DNA from: an uncultured Bacilli bacterium
Lineage (GTDB): Bacteria > Bacillota_I > Bacilli_A > RF39 > UBA660
NCBI GenBank assembly: GCA_944363715.1
Contig: CALVUX010000004.1
Location: forward strand, 5,140-69,139
Direction: 5' to 3'
Length of the DNA: 64,000 nucleotides
Shown in pieces: positions 28,582 through 38,198 of the stretch; the stretch's first letter is position 1; each line of letters opens with the position of its first letter. Both the position numbers and the translations under genes were made by a program. The notes under the pieces are model-generated. The model saw only the letters and a program-made list of their open reading frames with translations. It did no database searches and had not been told where the DNA came from.

Positions 28582-29085
28582 ATGTTAAATAAAAAAGGTA
28601 TTACTTCTGTAGAGTTATTAGTATGTTTTATCATCGTTTCAACTATTGTTGTTAGTATGTATAATTTAATACTTAATTATCGTAATAGAGAACAAATAGA
28701 AGAGATTAATAATGAAGTAATTTCTTTCTCTAATAATATTCAGGAAATTATTCAATCTGATCTAATTATGGGACATTTAGTTACTGTTACTAATATAACT
28801 GATGATGGGTATAAAGCTACATTTACTTTTGATAATCCAAATATTTATAACACTAATCTTACACTAAAACCTGATGAGGGTGTTATTAGTTATGGAAGAA
28901 GTGGGGAAGAAATTGATTATGAGGTACCTGGTATTGCTGATTTAATGTTAAGCCCAAAATCTAGTATTGAATATATTCCTGCTGATAATGGTTATTTAAA
29001 GATCACTATCATCTTAACTCATCCAAATTTTGAAGATAACACATATTCTTTTATGATAAATTGTCCAGTTAATTATACTTATTAA
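28582..29085 (+). CDS. Prepilin-type pseudopilin (second)
   Basis: MLNKKG|ITSVELLVCFIIVSTIVV has E at +5 after Gly and a hydrophobic helix. Confidence 0.65.
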   Translation: MLNKKGITSVELLVCFIIVSTIVVSMYNLILNYRNREQIEEINNEVISFSNNIQEIIQSDLIMGHLVTVTNITDDGYKATFTFDNPNIYNTNLTLKPDEGVISYGRSGEEIDYEVPGIADLMLSPKSSIEYIPADNGYLKITIILTHPNFEDNTYSFMINCPVNYTY

Positions 29086-29993
29086 AAGATTGTATATAGA
29101 AGTAGGGCAATAGATGTTTCAATGATTCTTCCAAAGAAGAAGTATTTATATTCTAAATCTTCTTCTTTTATATTGTTTAGAACTTGTAAGTGGACTGAAA
29201 AACTACCAAAGGTTATAAAGGTTAAGACGAGTAATCCTCTTATATAATTAGTAGTATCAATACTAGGTACTAAACTAATACCACTAGTCATATCAAGTAT
29301 TCCTGTAATGATTGTTTCAAAGAATGGGTTTAGTGATAGGAAAGATGTAAGTAGTTTACTAAAGAACATAAAGAAGGTAATACTTCCTAACATAAATAAA
29401 AGTAATTTAATATCATCATTTATCGCTTTAGGGAGAGCTTCTAGAAATGATTTATTTTGATAATTATTTATCTTTTTAGAAGAGATAATCTCTTTAGGTC
29501 TTAAAATAATACCAAGAATTAGATTGGATATAATCTGTATTATTAATATTTTATAAGCAAGGGATAGACTGTTTAAAATAAGACCACATGTTCCTAAGAT
29601 AAAAAGAGGATTAGCGAAGTGAGTAAAGGTTAAAAGGTAATTGGCAGTAGTTTTATCAATAGTTTTATTTTTATAACTTTCTACAACATATTTAGAGCCA
29701 CTAGGAAAGCCTGATATGATACTAACTAGGATGATAAAAGAACTATTACCTTCAACATGAAATAATCTTTTAAAAATAGGGTTTAATTTATTACTTATTT
29801 TAGTAGCAATACCTAGTTCTAATAATAATGATGCTAGGACAAAGAAAGGGAATATTGAGGGGAATAATTTAGTTTTAAAGATATTAATACTAGAGATACC
29901 ACTTTCTATAATTAAAGAGGGATTAATAAAGATACCTAAGTAAAGAAACAAAATTATGAGTACTGCAAATAATTCTTGATATTTTTTTTTCAT
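29082..29993 (-). CDS. YlbJ-like nucleoside-recognition (Gate) domain membrane protein
   Basis: Polytopic membrane protein. Divergent from a ylbL-like gene, as in Bacillus ylbJ-ylbL synteny. Family call is by context and composition. Confidence 0.45.
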   Translation of the reverse strand: MKKKYQELFAVLIILFLYLGIFINPSLIIESGISSINIFKTKLFPSIFPFFVLASLLLELGIATKISNKLNPIFKRLFHVEGNSSFIILVSIISGFPSGSKYVVESYKNKTIDKTTANYLLTFTHFANPLFILGTCGLILNSLSLAYKILIIQIISNLILGIILRPKEIISSKKINNYQNKSFLEALPKAINDDIKLLLFMLGSITFFMFFSKLLTSFLSLNPFFETIITGILDMTSGISLVPSIDTTNYIRGLLVLTFITFGSFSVHLQVLNNIKEEDLEYKYFFFGRIIETSIALLLYTIF

Positions 29994-30038
29994 ATTATTA
30001 CCTTCTTTTGGTATAATGTATTAGTAAGGTGTGATGAT

Positions 30039-31058
30039 ATGCTTAATAAAGTTTATTTAAGAATAAAAAAATTTATGAAAGATTATTATAAGACTATTAT
30101 ATTTTTAATAATTTGTTACTTTGTCTTTACTTTTCCATTACCATATTATATTTATGCTGGAGGAGGTACTATTAATATTAATGATAGAGTTGTTGTTGAT
30201 GGGAGTACTGATAGTTCTGGGTCTTTAAACTTTGCCTATGTTAGAGAACTTGAAGGTAATGTAGCATCTTTTATTTTAGGTAATATTATTCCCGGATATG
30301 ATATAGAAAAACAAGAGGATGTAGAGTTAAATGAAGATGAGACTAGTGAAGATATTATGTTTAGAAATAGAATATACTTAGAAAATGCTAATCAAACTGC
30401 TATCATGTTAGCTTACCAAAAAGCAGGTAAAGAGGTAAGTATTAGTGATAAACATTTCTATGTTATTTATGTAGAAGATAAGGAAGAAGATGGCTTAAGA
30501 GTAGGGGATGAGTTAGTAAAAGTTAATGGTAAAGATATTGAAAATGTTGAAGACTATACTAATGAGATTCAAAATCATGAAGTAGGAGATAAGATTAATG
30601 TAACTGTTATTAGGAATGAAAAAGAGAAAGAAGTAATGGCAACTGTTAAAGAAGGAGCAGATTATAAAGTAACAGGTGTTTCTGTTAGTACTATTTATGA
30701 ATATAAGACTGATCCTAAAGTAGAGCTTAAATTTAAAGATAGTGAAGGTGGCCCTAGTGGAGGTTTAATGTTAACACTTGCTATTTATGATAAGTTAACT
30801 GATGGAGATTTAACTAATGGTCTTAAAATAGTTGGAACTGGTACTATAAGTAGTGATGGTAGCGTTGGAGAAATTGGTGGTGTTAAATATAAGTTAAATG
30901 GAGCGGTAAAAGCTAAAGCAGACTTGTTTTTGGTGCCTAAAGGGGATAATTATAAAGAAGCATTAAAAGAAAAAGAAAAGAACGATTATGATATTGAAAT
31001 TAAAGCGATAGGTACATTTGATGAAGCGGTATCTTATCTAGAAAGTTTAGAGTCTTAA
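30039..31058 (+). CDS. ylbL: PDZ plus Lon-like S16 serine protease (YlbL/SepM family)
   Basis: N-terminal TM segment, PDZ region (LRVGDELVKVNGKDI), and Lon C-terminal domain with GPSGGLMLTLAIYD and GTGTISSDGSVGEIGGVKYK. Confidence 0.8.
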   Translation: MLNKVYLRIKKFMKDYYKTIIFLIICYFVFTFPLPYYIYAGGGTININDRVVVDGSTDSSGSLNFAYVRELEGNVASFILGNIIPGYDIEKQEDVELNEDETSEDIMFRNRIYLENANQTAIMLAYQKAGKEVSISDKHFYVIYVEDKEEDGLRVGDELVKVNGKDIENVEDYTNEIQNHEVGDKINVTVIRNEKEKEVMATVKEGADYKVTGVSVSTIYEYKTDPKVELKFKDSEGGPSGGLMLTLAIYDKLTDGDLTNGLKIVGTGTISSDGSVGEIGGVKYKLNGAVKAKADLFLVPKGDNYKEALKEKEKNDYDIEIKAIGTFDEAVSYLESLES

Positions 31059-31192
31059 AAAAGTCACGGAATAAAATTACGAAATCTCACGGAATAATTT
31101 TCTTAAAAAGTGTCCACTGAAATCCTTAAAAATTGTTCATTTGATTTAATAAACTTAAAAATATAGTAAGTTAATAATAGGAGAAGTAAACT

Positions 31193-32104
31193 ATGAGCTT
31201 AAGAGACAAAGATTATATGGAAACAATGAGTCTTTATGAATCAGGTGATTCTACTGGTGTTGTTTCTATAACTGATATGTTAGATAATAAGAATATTAAT
31301 AAGAATACTGGAGAAGTAAAAATTAGAGAACTTGCTACTCTCTTGATAAGAGGAGGCTGGAAAGAAAGTTTAAAAGTAAAAAAAGAAAGTTATCCTTTAA
31401 TACCAAAGAGTTATATCGACTCAATATTAAATGTAAAACTAGATGAAGAAGAAAAAGTAAGAGATAAGAATAAAATGAATATGTTATTAAAATCTTTAGC
31501 AAGAAATGAATCTAGAATAATAAGTAATAAAACACTTATAAGAGATATTAAAGAACATGAAATTAAAAGTAATATTTTATCTAGTAGAACTACACTTTTA
31601 GATTATCTAGATTTTTTTGAAAGAATGCATTTAATAGAAAATCAAGAGCCATATAGTTCTAATTATCATTCTCCAGAAAGAGTAGGGAAATCAGTTAAAA
31701 GACATTTTGTTGATCCCTCTCTTGCTTGTTCTCTTTTAAATCTCAATGTTGATAAATTAATGAAGGATTTAAATACATTTGGTTTTCTTTTTGAAGCTCT
31801 TGTAGAAAGAGACTTAAGAATTTATATGGATTATTTAGATGGTAAAATATATCATTTTAGAGATAATGTTAGTGGTTTAAAAGTAGATACAATACTAGAA
31901 TTCGAAGATGGAGAATATGCTGCAGTTGAAATAAAACTAGGGTATAATGAAGTAGATGATGCCATTAAAAATTTAAAAGAGTTTTATAATAAAATGATTA
32001 AAAAACCTAAGTTTATGTGTGTTATAGTTGGAATCTCAGAAGCTGCTTATAAAGATCCTGATACCTCTATTTATATAGTACCAATAACAGCTTTAAAACC
32101 ATAA
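31193..32104 (+). CDS. DUF4143-containing protein: C-terminal two-thirds of an AAA+ ATPase family, P-loop domain missing
   Basis: Starts at the family's mid-protein motif (METMSLYESGDSTG). No Walker A is present. Only 134 bp lie upstream. Own RBS AGGAGAAG. Confidence 0.55.
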   Translation: MSLRDKDYMETMSLYESGDSTGVVSITDMLDNKNINKNTGEVKIRELATLLIRGGWKESLKVKKESYPLIPKSYIDSILNVKLDEEEKVRDKNKMNMLLKSLARNESRIISNKTLIRDIKEHEIKSNILSSRTTLLDYLDFFERMHLIENQEPYSSNYHSPERVGKSVKRHFVDPSLACSLLNLNVDKLMKDLNTFGFLFEALVERDLRIYMDYLDGKIYHFRDNVSGLKVDTILEFEDGEYAAVEIKLGYNEVDDAIKNLKEFYNKMIKKPKFMCVIVGISEAAYKDPDTSIYIVPITALKP

Positions 32105-32141
32105 GAAAAGAGATAAGTTTGTTTGCTTATCTCTTTTAAGT

Positions 32142-34217
32142 TTATGTAGAAGAATTTGGAATTTCTGGAATTGTTTCTGTGATATCTCCATCATTTTCAC
32201 TTCCACTATTTCCAGTTCCGCCATCACCAGTGTTTCCAGAATCGTTTCCATCGCCAGTTTCTCCGTTATCACCAGAAGCTGTTCCAGAATCACCACCACT
32301 TGGAGGTGCAGTTGTTCCATTATTAGTATTATCATCTTCTGTATCATCGTTAGTAGGTGGTGTATAACTAGGTTCTTCAGGTTCAGTAGAACTAGTTCCA
32401 CCTGATAATGTTAATACAATGCTACCACTTATTAAATCTATTCTCTTATTAGCAGGAAGACTTTGACTAACTACATAGCCACTGTTTCCTTTAAATGTAA
32501 CTCTTATTCCATGTGCATTTGCATAACTTTCCGCTTGACTCATACTGTCTCCAGTAAAGTCAGGTAATAAATCATAGGTAAAGGCTGTTTTGTAAGGACC
32601 TGTTCCAGTTACAGTTTTCTCATAATCTTCATCATTAATAGAGAAAGAGAATTCTTTAATCATTTCAGGTTCTTCTTGTTCAAGATTAACTTTCATTGCC
32701 TTTACAATATCATCTCTACTTGCAGTGTTTGGTACATAATCCCATAAAACCATTCTACTTCTCTCATCATAAATCATTTGACCAGTACCATCTAAATATA
32801 ATTGTTCAATATTAATAAGATCAGCATCATCTTTTTGTAAAGAATTATTCATTATATCTTTAGCAATATCATAGAAAGATAAAATTTGTTGTTCTGTAAA
32901 GTTAGTATCAAGATTATTTGTAACAGTATTTAACACATCCATAACTTGATTAATACTCTTCATATCTTTAACTTTATTTAATATTCCTTGAATTACTAAT
33001 TGTTGATTTAGTCCTCTATCTAAGTCTCCACCTGTTAATTGTTTTCTATTTCTTGCAAGTACTAAAGCTTGTTCACCATTTAGAGTTTGAAGTCCTGCAC
33101 TGATACAAACTTCTCCTTCACGGTTAGAGTTATCTGTACATAAGTCTTGAGGAACTTCAACAGTAATACCACCTAATGTATCAACTAAGCTAACTAATCC
33201 TTTAAAATTAATTTTAGCATAATAATCAATTGTAACATCAAAATAGTTTTCAATCGTATCCATCATACAGTCAGTACCATAAGCAGCAGCATGGGTTATT
33301 TTATTTTCAGGAGTACCACTCCAACATGCTATTGGAACATAACTATCTCTTGGAATACTTAACATTGTAGCATTTAAAGTATTTGGATTAAACGTAACTA
33401 ATATTAAACTATCTCCATTTGCAACAGTATTCTTAGATAATCCTTCTTCTTCTGAATCAACACCCATTAAAAGAATTGTAAATGGCTCTGTTACAGATTT
33501 ACCAGCAGAAGATGTTCTATTACTTGTACTTGTTTTTTTCATTTCTTTTTCTTTAGTTAAAATAATTTTTGTATCATCCTTAATATTTTGATATGTTTCC
33601 ATACTAACAAACATAGAAGGGTAATCAGTAGGAACAAATATTGAATCAACTTCACCTTCATATAAATCTGCCATGGCTGTAAAGTAATCATCATATTCAA
33701 CAATTTCATTTTCATCTTTTAACTTATTTTCATCTATAACTTCATTTGGAATGATATTTCCTTCAGGTGATGACTCATCAGAAAGTATTCCTATTGTATT
33801 ATCTTTTAAGTCTTTAACATTTTCTATTTCACTACTACTTGGTACAATTAAACTACTAGAGTAGGTAACAGTATCTCTATTAATACTAGATAGAGTTCCA
33901 TAAGCATACATTATCAAACCACTAATTGCACAGTTTATAAGTAGATATAGTATTAAAAAGAAGGTAAGAAGCCTTGCTTTTTTTTCTTTATGTCGTCTTT
34001 TAGATCTGACTTTAAAAATAATTATTAAATCAAAAACAACAAATATTCCTATAATAATATATCTTATTACTTCTTCAATCGGTCCTAATAAAAGGATATT
34101 ATATATGGCAAAAAGATTACTTAATATAACGATAATACTTAGTAACGCAAGCCATAATCTACATTTCTTCTTTTTCTTATCTTTTTTTTCTTCAGTATTC
34201 TCTTTATTCTTTCTCAT
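32142..34217 (-). CDS. LytR-CpsA-Psr (LCP) wall-glycopolymer ligase with multi-TM N-terminus, C-terminal PASTA-like domain and a G/D/N/T/S-rich tail
   Basis: LCP core FTILLMGVDS...NGDSLILVTFNPNTLNATMLSIPRDSYVPI...ALVLARNRK. PASTA-like LPDFTGDSMSQAESYANAHGIRVTFKGNSGYVVSQSLPANKRIDLISGSIVLTLS. Low-complexity tail. Confidence 0.8.
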   Translation of the reverse strand: MRKNKENTEEKKDKKKKKCRLWLALLSIIVILSNLFAIYNILLLGPIEEVIRYIIIGIFVVFDLIIIFKVRSKRRHKEKKARLLTFFLILYLLINCAISGLIMYAYGTLSSINRDTVTYSSSLIVPSSSEIENVKDLKDNTIGILSDESSPEGNIIPNEVIDENKLKDENEIVEYDDYFTAMADLYEGEVDSIFVPTDYPSMFVSMETYQNIKDDTKIILTKEKEMKKTSTSNRTSSAGKSVTEPFTILLMGVDSEEEGLSKNTVANGDSLILVTFNPNTLNATMLSIPRDSYVPIACWSGTPENKITHAAAYGTDCMMDTIENYFDVTIDYYAKINFKGLVSLVDTLGGITVEVPQDLCTDNSNREGEVCISAGLQTLNGEQALVLARNRKQLTGGDLDRGLNQQLVIQGILNKVKDMKSINQVMDVLNTVTNNLDTNFTEQQILSFYDIAKDIMNNSLQKDDADLINIEQLYLDGTGQMIYDERSRMVLWDYVPNTASRDDIVKAMKVNLEQEEPEMIKEFSFSINDEDYEKTVTGTGPYKTAFTYDLLPDFTGDSMSQAESYANAHGIRVTFKGNSGYVVSQSLPANKRIDLISGSIVLTLSGGTSSTEPEEPSYTPPTNDDTEDDNTNNGTTAPPSGGDSGTASGDNGETGDGNDSGNTGDGGTGNSGSENDGDITETIPEIPNSST

Positions 34218-34395
34218 TAAATGACCTCCACGTAAACAAAAAACTATACCCTATAATTATAGACTATAATTTTCTATCTTTCAACCTCTATACTTTTGTT
34301 TGTATTGTAAAGTTGACGGTTAATTGTATCTTTTTTAGAGAAATTTGTAGAATATTCTGTTATAATGTAAATAGAAGGATAGGAGTTGATAGTGT

Positions 34396-36222
34396 ATGAA
34401 GAAGTTAATTAGTATTTTACTCATCTTTGTTATGCTTTTTACTTTTATTCCTGTTGTTAATGCAAGTAGTTATATAGTGTTAAATACTAATAAATATTTT
34501 AGGGAAAAACCAGGGGGTGCTTTAATTACAGGTGTTACTGATGGAGTATTAGTAGCAGGTACTAAAGTTGATGTGATTAGTACTGATGGTGAGAGTGGTC
34601 ATGGTTGTAAGAATGCTTGGTATAAGGTTAGATATGATGACTTAGAAGGATATATTTGTTCAAGTGACCAAGCAATTATTGATGTCGCTGATGTAGACCT
34701 CAATGGTGATTTTGAAAAGGAAATGTTAAGTAAAGGATTTTGGGAAAGTTACTTACCTTATTTAAAGGCTTTACACGAAAAACATCATAACTGGATATTT
34801 ACTCCTATATCTATTGGTGTTTCTTTTGATGAAGCGGTAACTAATGAGAGTTATGGAGAGATTAGTTTAGTAGATGGAACTGATGAGACTTTAAGAAGTA
34901 AAGAATGGCCATATTATCAAAATGGCACATATAAACAAATAGAACCAGGTTGGTATGTGGCAAGTAGAGATACAGTATCTTATTATTTGGACCCTAGAAA
35001 CTTTTTATCAGAAGAATATATCTTTATGTTTGAAAACTTAAAATATAATTCATCTATTCAAACAGAGGATGCTGTTAGAGGGGTTACTGGTGGAACTTTC
35101 TTAAATACTAATGAATACTTAAATATTTTAATGAAGACTGCTAGAACTTATAATGTTAGTCCAGTATACCTTGCTAGTAGGATTAGACAAGAAAAAGGTA
35201 GTACTGATAGTATTTCTACAACAGGAGGTAGTTTTACTTTCTCAGTTGATAATAGTTGTTTAAATAATCTAGGTTATGCGAGTGATCCCAATAGTTGGAA
35301 TGCCCTTAATTCTTGTGGTAATGGTAAGACTTATAGTGGTATTTATAACTACTTCAATATAGGTGCTTATAGTTCTTATCAGTCTCCACAAATTAGAGGT
35401 TTAATATGGGCAAATGGAGGATATGATGCTTCTGTTACAACTTATAATAGACCATGGAATAGTAAAGAAAGAGCGATTATGGGGGGTACTGAATATATCG
35501 CTAGTAAATATATTAATGCTAATCAAAATACTTTATATTATCAGAAGTTTAATGTATCACCTGATGCAGTTTATCCTATTTATACACATCAATATATGAC
35601 TAATATAAGGGCTCATTCACAGGAAGCATATAGTATTTATAAAAGTTATAAGAATAATAATCTTTTGAATAATACTTATGAATTTCTAATACCTGTTTAT
35701 AATAATATGCCTAATGATAATGAAGTGATTTTACCTGATGATGATAATGAAGAAGAAATAGTTACAACTCCTGATATTGATGTAAATACTGGTGTTGTTG
35801 CATCTGGTTTTAAGATAAATGGAGACGTTATTTCTAATATTTCTTTTAATACCAATATAGATACTATTAATAGTAAGTTAAGTAGTATTAATGCTAACTT
35901 AAAAGTTACTAGTTACTTAGATAGATATGGAAATAGTGCTAGTGGTAATGTTGGTACAGGGGATACTTTAGTAATTAGTAATGGTTCTACTACTAAGTCT
36001 TATAAAGTTGTTATCTATGGTGATAATAATGGTGATGGTAAGACTAGTATTGTTGATTTATTAAGAGTTCAAAAAGATATTTTAGGAAGCAGTAATTTAT
36101 CTACTTATGATAGGAAAGCTAGTGATACTAATAGAGATGGCAAAGTTGATGTAGTGGACCTACTTAGAGTTCAAAAACAAATACTTGGTAATAGTACAAT
36201 AGAACAGAACAGGAGTGATTAA
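34396..36222 (+). CDS. Secreted SH3b plus putative peptidoglycan hydrolase (glucosaminidase-like) with a C-terminal type-I dockerin
   Basis: Signal peptide. SH3b-like AWYKVRYDDLEGYICS. Central YLASRIRQEKGS...YYQKFN...THQYMTNI is glucosaminidase-like (tentative). C-terminal duplicated Ca-binding segments are GDNNGDGKTSIVDLLRVQKDILG and DTNRDGKVDVVDLLRVQKQILG. Confidence 0.7.
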   Translation: MKKLISILLIFVMLFTFIPVVNASSYIVLNTNKYFREKPGGALITGVTDGVLVAGTKVDVISTDGESGHGCKNAWYKVRYDDLEGYICSSDQAIIDVADVDLNGDFEKEMLSKGFWESYLPYLKALHEKHHNWIFTPISIGVSFDEAVTNESYGEISLVDGTDETLRSKEWPYYQNGTYKQIEPGWYVASRDTVSYYLDPRNFLSEEYIFMFENLKYNSSIQTEDAVRGVTGGTFLNTNEYLNILMKTARTYNVSPVYLASRIRQEKGSTDSISTTGGSFTFSVDNSCLNNLGYASDPNSWNALNSCGNGKTYSGIYNYFNIGAYSSYQSPQIRGLIWANGGYDASVTTYNRPWNSKERAIMGGTEYIASKYINANQNTLYYQKFNVSPDAVYPIYTHQYMTNIRAHSQEAYSIYKSYKNNNLLNNTYEFLIPVYNNMPNDNEVILPDDDNEEEIVTTPDIDVNTGVVASGFKINGDVISNISFNTNIDTINSKLSSINANLKVTSYLDRYGNSASGNVGTGDTLVISNGSTTKSYKVVIYGDNNGDGKTSIVDLLRVQKDILGSSNLSTYDRKASDTNRDGKVDVVDLLRVQKQILGNSTIEQNRSD

Positions 36223-37549
36223 CTTGAAAAAAATATTATTTATATTAGGACTTAGCTTCCTTTTCTTTTGTCCTCATGTAGTAGAGGCTGCCTCTATTTC
36301 TGTGGCGGGTACTACTGCAACTGGAACAGTTGGAGGTAATATTACAGTAGGAGTTACTATAAGTGAAAGTAGTGGTTTAGGAAGTTGGGAATTTAGTTTA
36401 GATTATGATAGTAATAAACTACAACTTTTAAGTGGTAATACCCATGTAGTTGGTTATGTCGATGGACAAGGTCAAACTAGTCAAAGTTATACTTATACTT
36501 TTAGAGTTAAAGGTACTGGTTCTACTACTATATCTGTAGTAAATACCTCTATCGCTTCATGGGATGAAGTAGTTACTAGTCCAACTGATAGTACAACTAT
36601 TAATTTAATTAGTAGACAAGAAGTAGAAGAGAACTATAGTAGTGATAATAATCTTGCTAGCCTAGAAGTAGAAGGCCTTACTTTAAGTCCCGAGTTTAAT
36701 AGTAATACTACTAATTATACAGTGGAGGCAGAAGCTGGAACTACTAGTGTTACTGTTAATGCTAAAGCAAGTGATAGTAAAGCTAGTATAACTGGTACAG
36801 GAGATGTAGAAGTTCATGAGGGTGCTAATACTATAAATGTTGTGGTGGAAGCAGAAAATGGTTCTACTAAAACTTATACAATAGTAGTTAATGTTAAAGA
36901 AAAAGATCCTATTAATGTAAAAGTTAATAAAGATAACTTAAGTGTCGTTAGAAAAACTGATGAGTTAACAGACTTAATTAAAGATTATTATGTAGATACA
37001 ACTGTTAAAATTAATGATGAAGAAGTACCTGCTTATAAAATTGAAGCCTTAGATCTTACCTTAGTTGCTTTAAAAGATGAGAAAGGTAATATTAAGTTTT
37101 ATATCTATGATGATGGAGAATATACTTTATATCAAGAATTAGGTAGTGATTTACTTACTATTCATCTTTTAGATAATGGTAAAATTCCTCCTAACTATAA
37201 AAAATATACAGTTAATATAGATGGAGAAGAATATACAGTTTATAAACTAAATAAAAAGTCTAAATACTATTTAGTATATGGTGAGAATGTAGAAACAGGT
37301 AAAAAAGGATTATATTTATATGATAGTGTTGATAAGACTATACAAAGATATTATACTGAAGAAGTAGATAGTCTAAAAGATGAGTTAACAATTAATTCTT
37401 ATATAATAGTTGGTCTTACTTGTTTAATAGTTTTATTATTAATAATTTTCTTAATAGCTTTACATACTAAGAATAGTGATAAAAGAAGAAAAAGAAAAGA
37501 AATTAAAAAAAGATTAAAACAAGAAAAGAATGATTTTTTGAAAGATTAG
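36215..37549 (+). CDS. Membrane-anchored cohesin-domain protein with a cadherin-like beta-sandwich domain
   Basis: Signal peptide. Cohesin-like SVAGTTATGTVGGNITVGVTISESSGLGSWEFSLDYDSNKLQLLSG. Cadherin-like LASLEVEGLTLSPEFNSNTTNYTVEAEAGTTSVTVNAKA...GANTINVVVEAENGSTKTYTIVVNV. C-terminal TM segment plus RRKRKE tail. Confidence 0.7.
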   Translation: MINLKKILFILGLSFLFFCPHVVEAASISVAGTTATGTVGGNITVGVTISESSGLGSWEFSLDYDSNKLQLLSGNTHVVGYVDGQGQTSQSYTYTFRVKGTGSTTISVVNTSIASWDEVVTSPTDSTTINLISRQEVEENYSSDNNLASLEVEGLTLSPEFNSNTTNYTVEAEAGTTSVTVNAKASDSKASITGTGDVEVHEGANTINVVVEAENGSTKTYTIVVNVKEKDPINVKVNKDNLSVVRKTDELTDLIKDYYVDTTVKINDEEVPAYKIEALDLTLVALKDEKGNIKFYIYDDGEYTLYQELGSDLLTIHLLDNGKIPPNYKKYTVNIDGEEYTVYKLNKKSKYYLVYGENVETGKKGLYLYDSVDKTIQRYYTEEVDSLKDELTINSYIIVGLTCLIVLLLIIFLIALHTKNSDKRRKRKEIKKRLKQEKNDFLKD

Positions 37550-37559
37550 GAGTGTAATT

Positions 37560-38198
37560 ATGGAAGTTAAACATCATAGTAAAAAGTTAGGTATCATGAT
37601 ACTTATTGGTTTTTTATTAATTGTTATAGGAATTATATCTTATATTATTATTAATTATAATAGTGATCAAGCTGAGGTTAGAAAGAGAATGGAAGCGGTT
37701 AGAGATTCTTATGAGGCTTTTAAAACAAATGTAGAATCTTTTAATAGTATTAGAGATAATATTTATACTAATGTTTTCACAGATGATATGTATTATCAAA
37801 CACTAAAAGATAATGATGCTAGTTTTAAAGAACTATATAAAAGTTATAGTGAAAGTCTAGATAAAATTGATAAAGATTACAGTGGAGTAAAAGATAAATG
37901 TATTAATGTTTTACATCCTGAAGCAGATGTTAATAATAAGTGTGAAGCGATTGTTTCTTCTTATGAAGAAGTTGTTAATACTTATATAAGTGATGTTAAT
38001 AATTATAATAACTTAATCACTTCTTATAATAAATGGTTAAGTGATACTAATAGTAGTGATGTTAAGTTAGAGGAAATAAAGTTAGATAGAGATTATATAG
38101 ATATAAATGGTGATAGAGAGTATAATGGAAGAAAAGATGAAGATATTAATATAAGTGATGAAGAAGAGAATAATACAGGAGTGGTACCTGATGAATAA
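37560..38198 (+). CDS. N-terminally membrane-anchored protein, unknown function
   Basis: Single TM segment (LGIMILIGFLLIVIGIISYIIINY), then a helical acidic ectodomain. Confidence 0.5.
   Translation: MEVKHHSKKLGIMILIGFLLIVIGIISYIIINYNSDQAEVRKRMEAVRDSYEAFKTNVESFNSIRDNIYTNVFTDDMYYQTLKDNDASFKELYKSYSESLDKIDKDYSGVKDKCINVLHPEADVNNKCEAIVSSYEEVVNTYISDVNNYNNLITSYNKWLSDTNSSDVKLEEIKLDRDYIDINGDREYNGRKDEDINISDEEENNTGVVPDE

Noticed and set aside
32093-32401. ORFs 32093-32401 (-) and 32179-32367 (+) over the 3' end of the LCP gene
   Set aside because: They are alternative frames of the low-complexity G/D/N/T/S-coding tail. The LCP frame is continuous with a recognisable catalytic domain.
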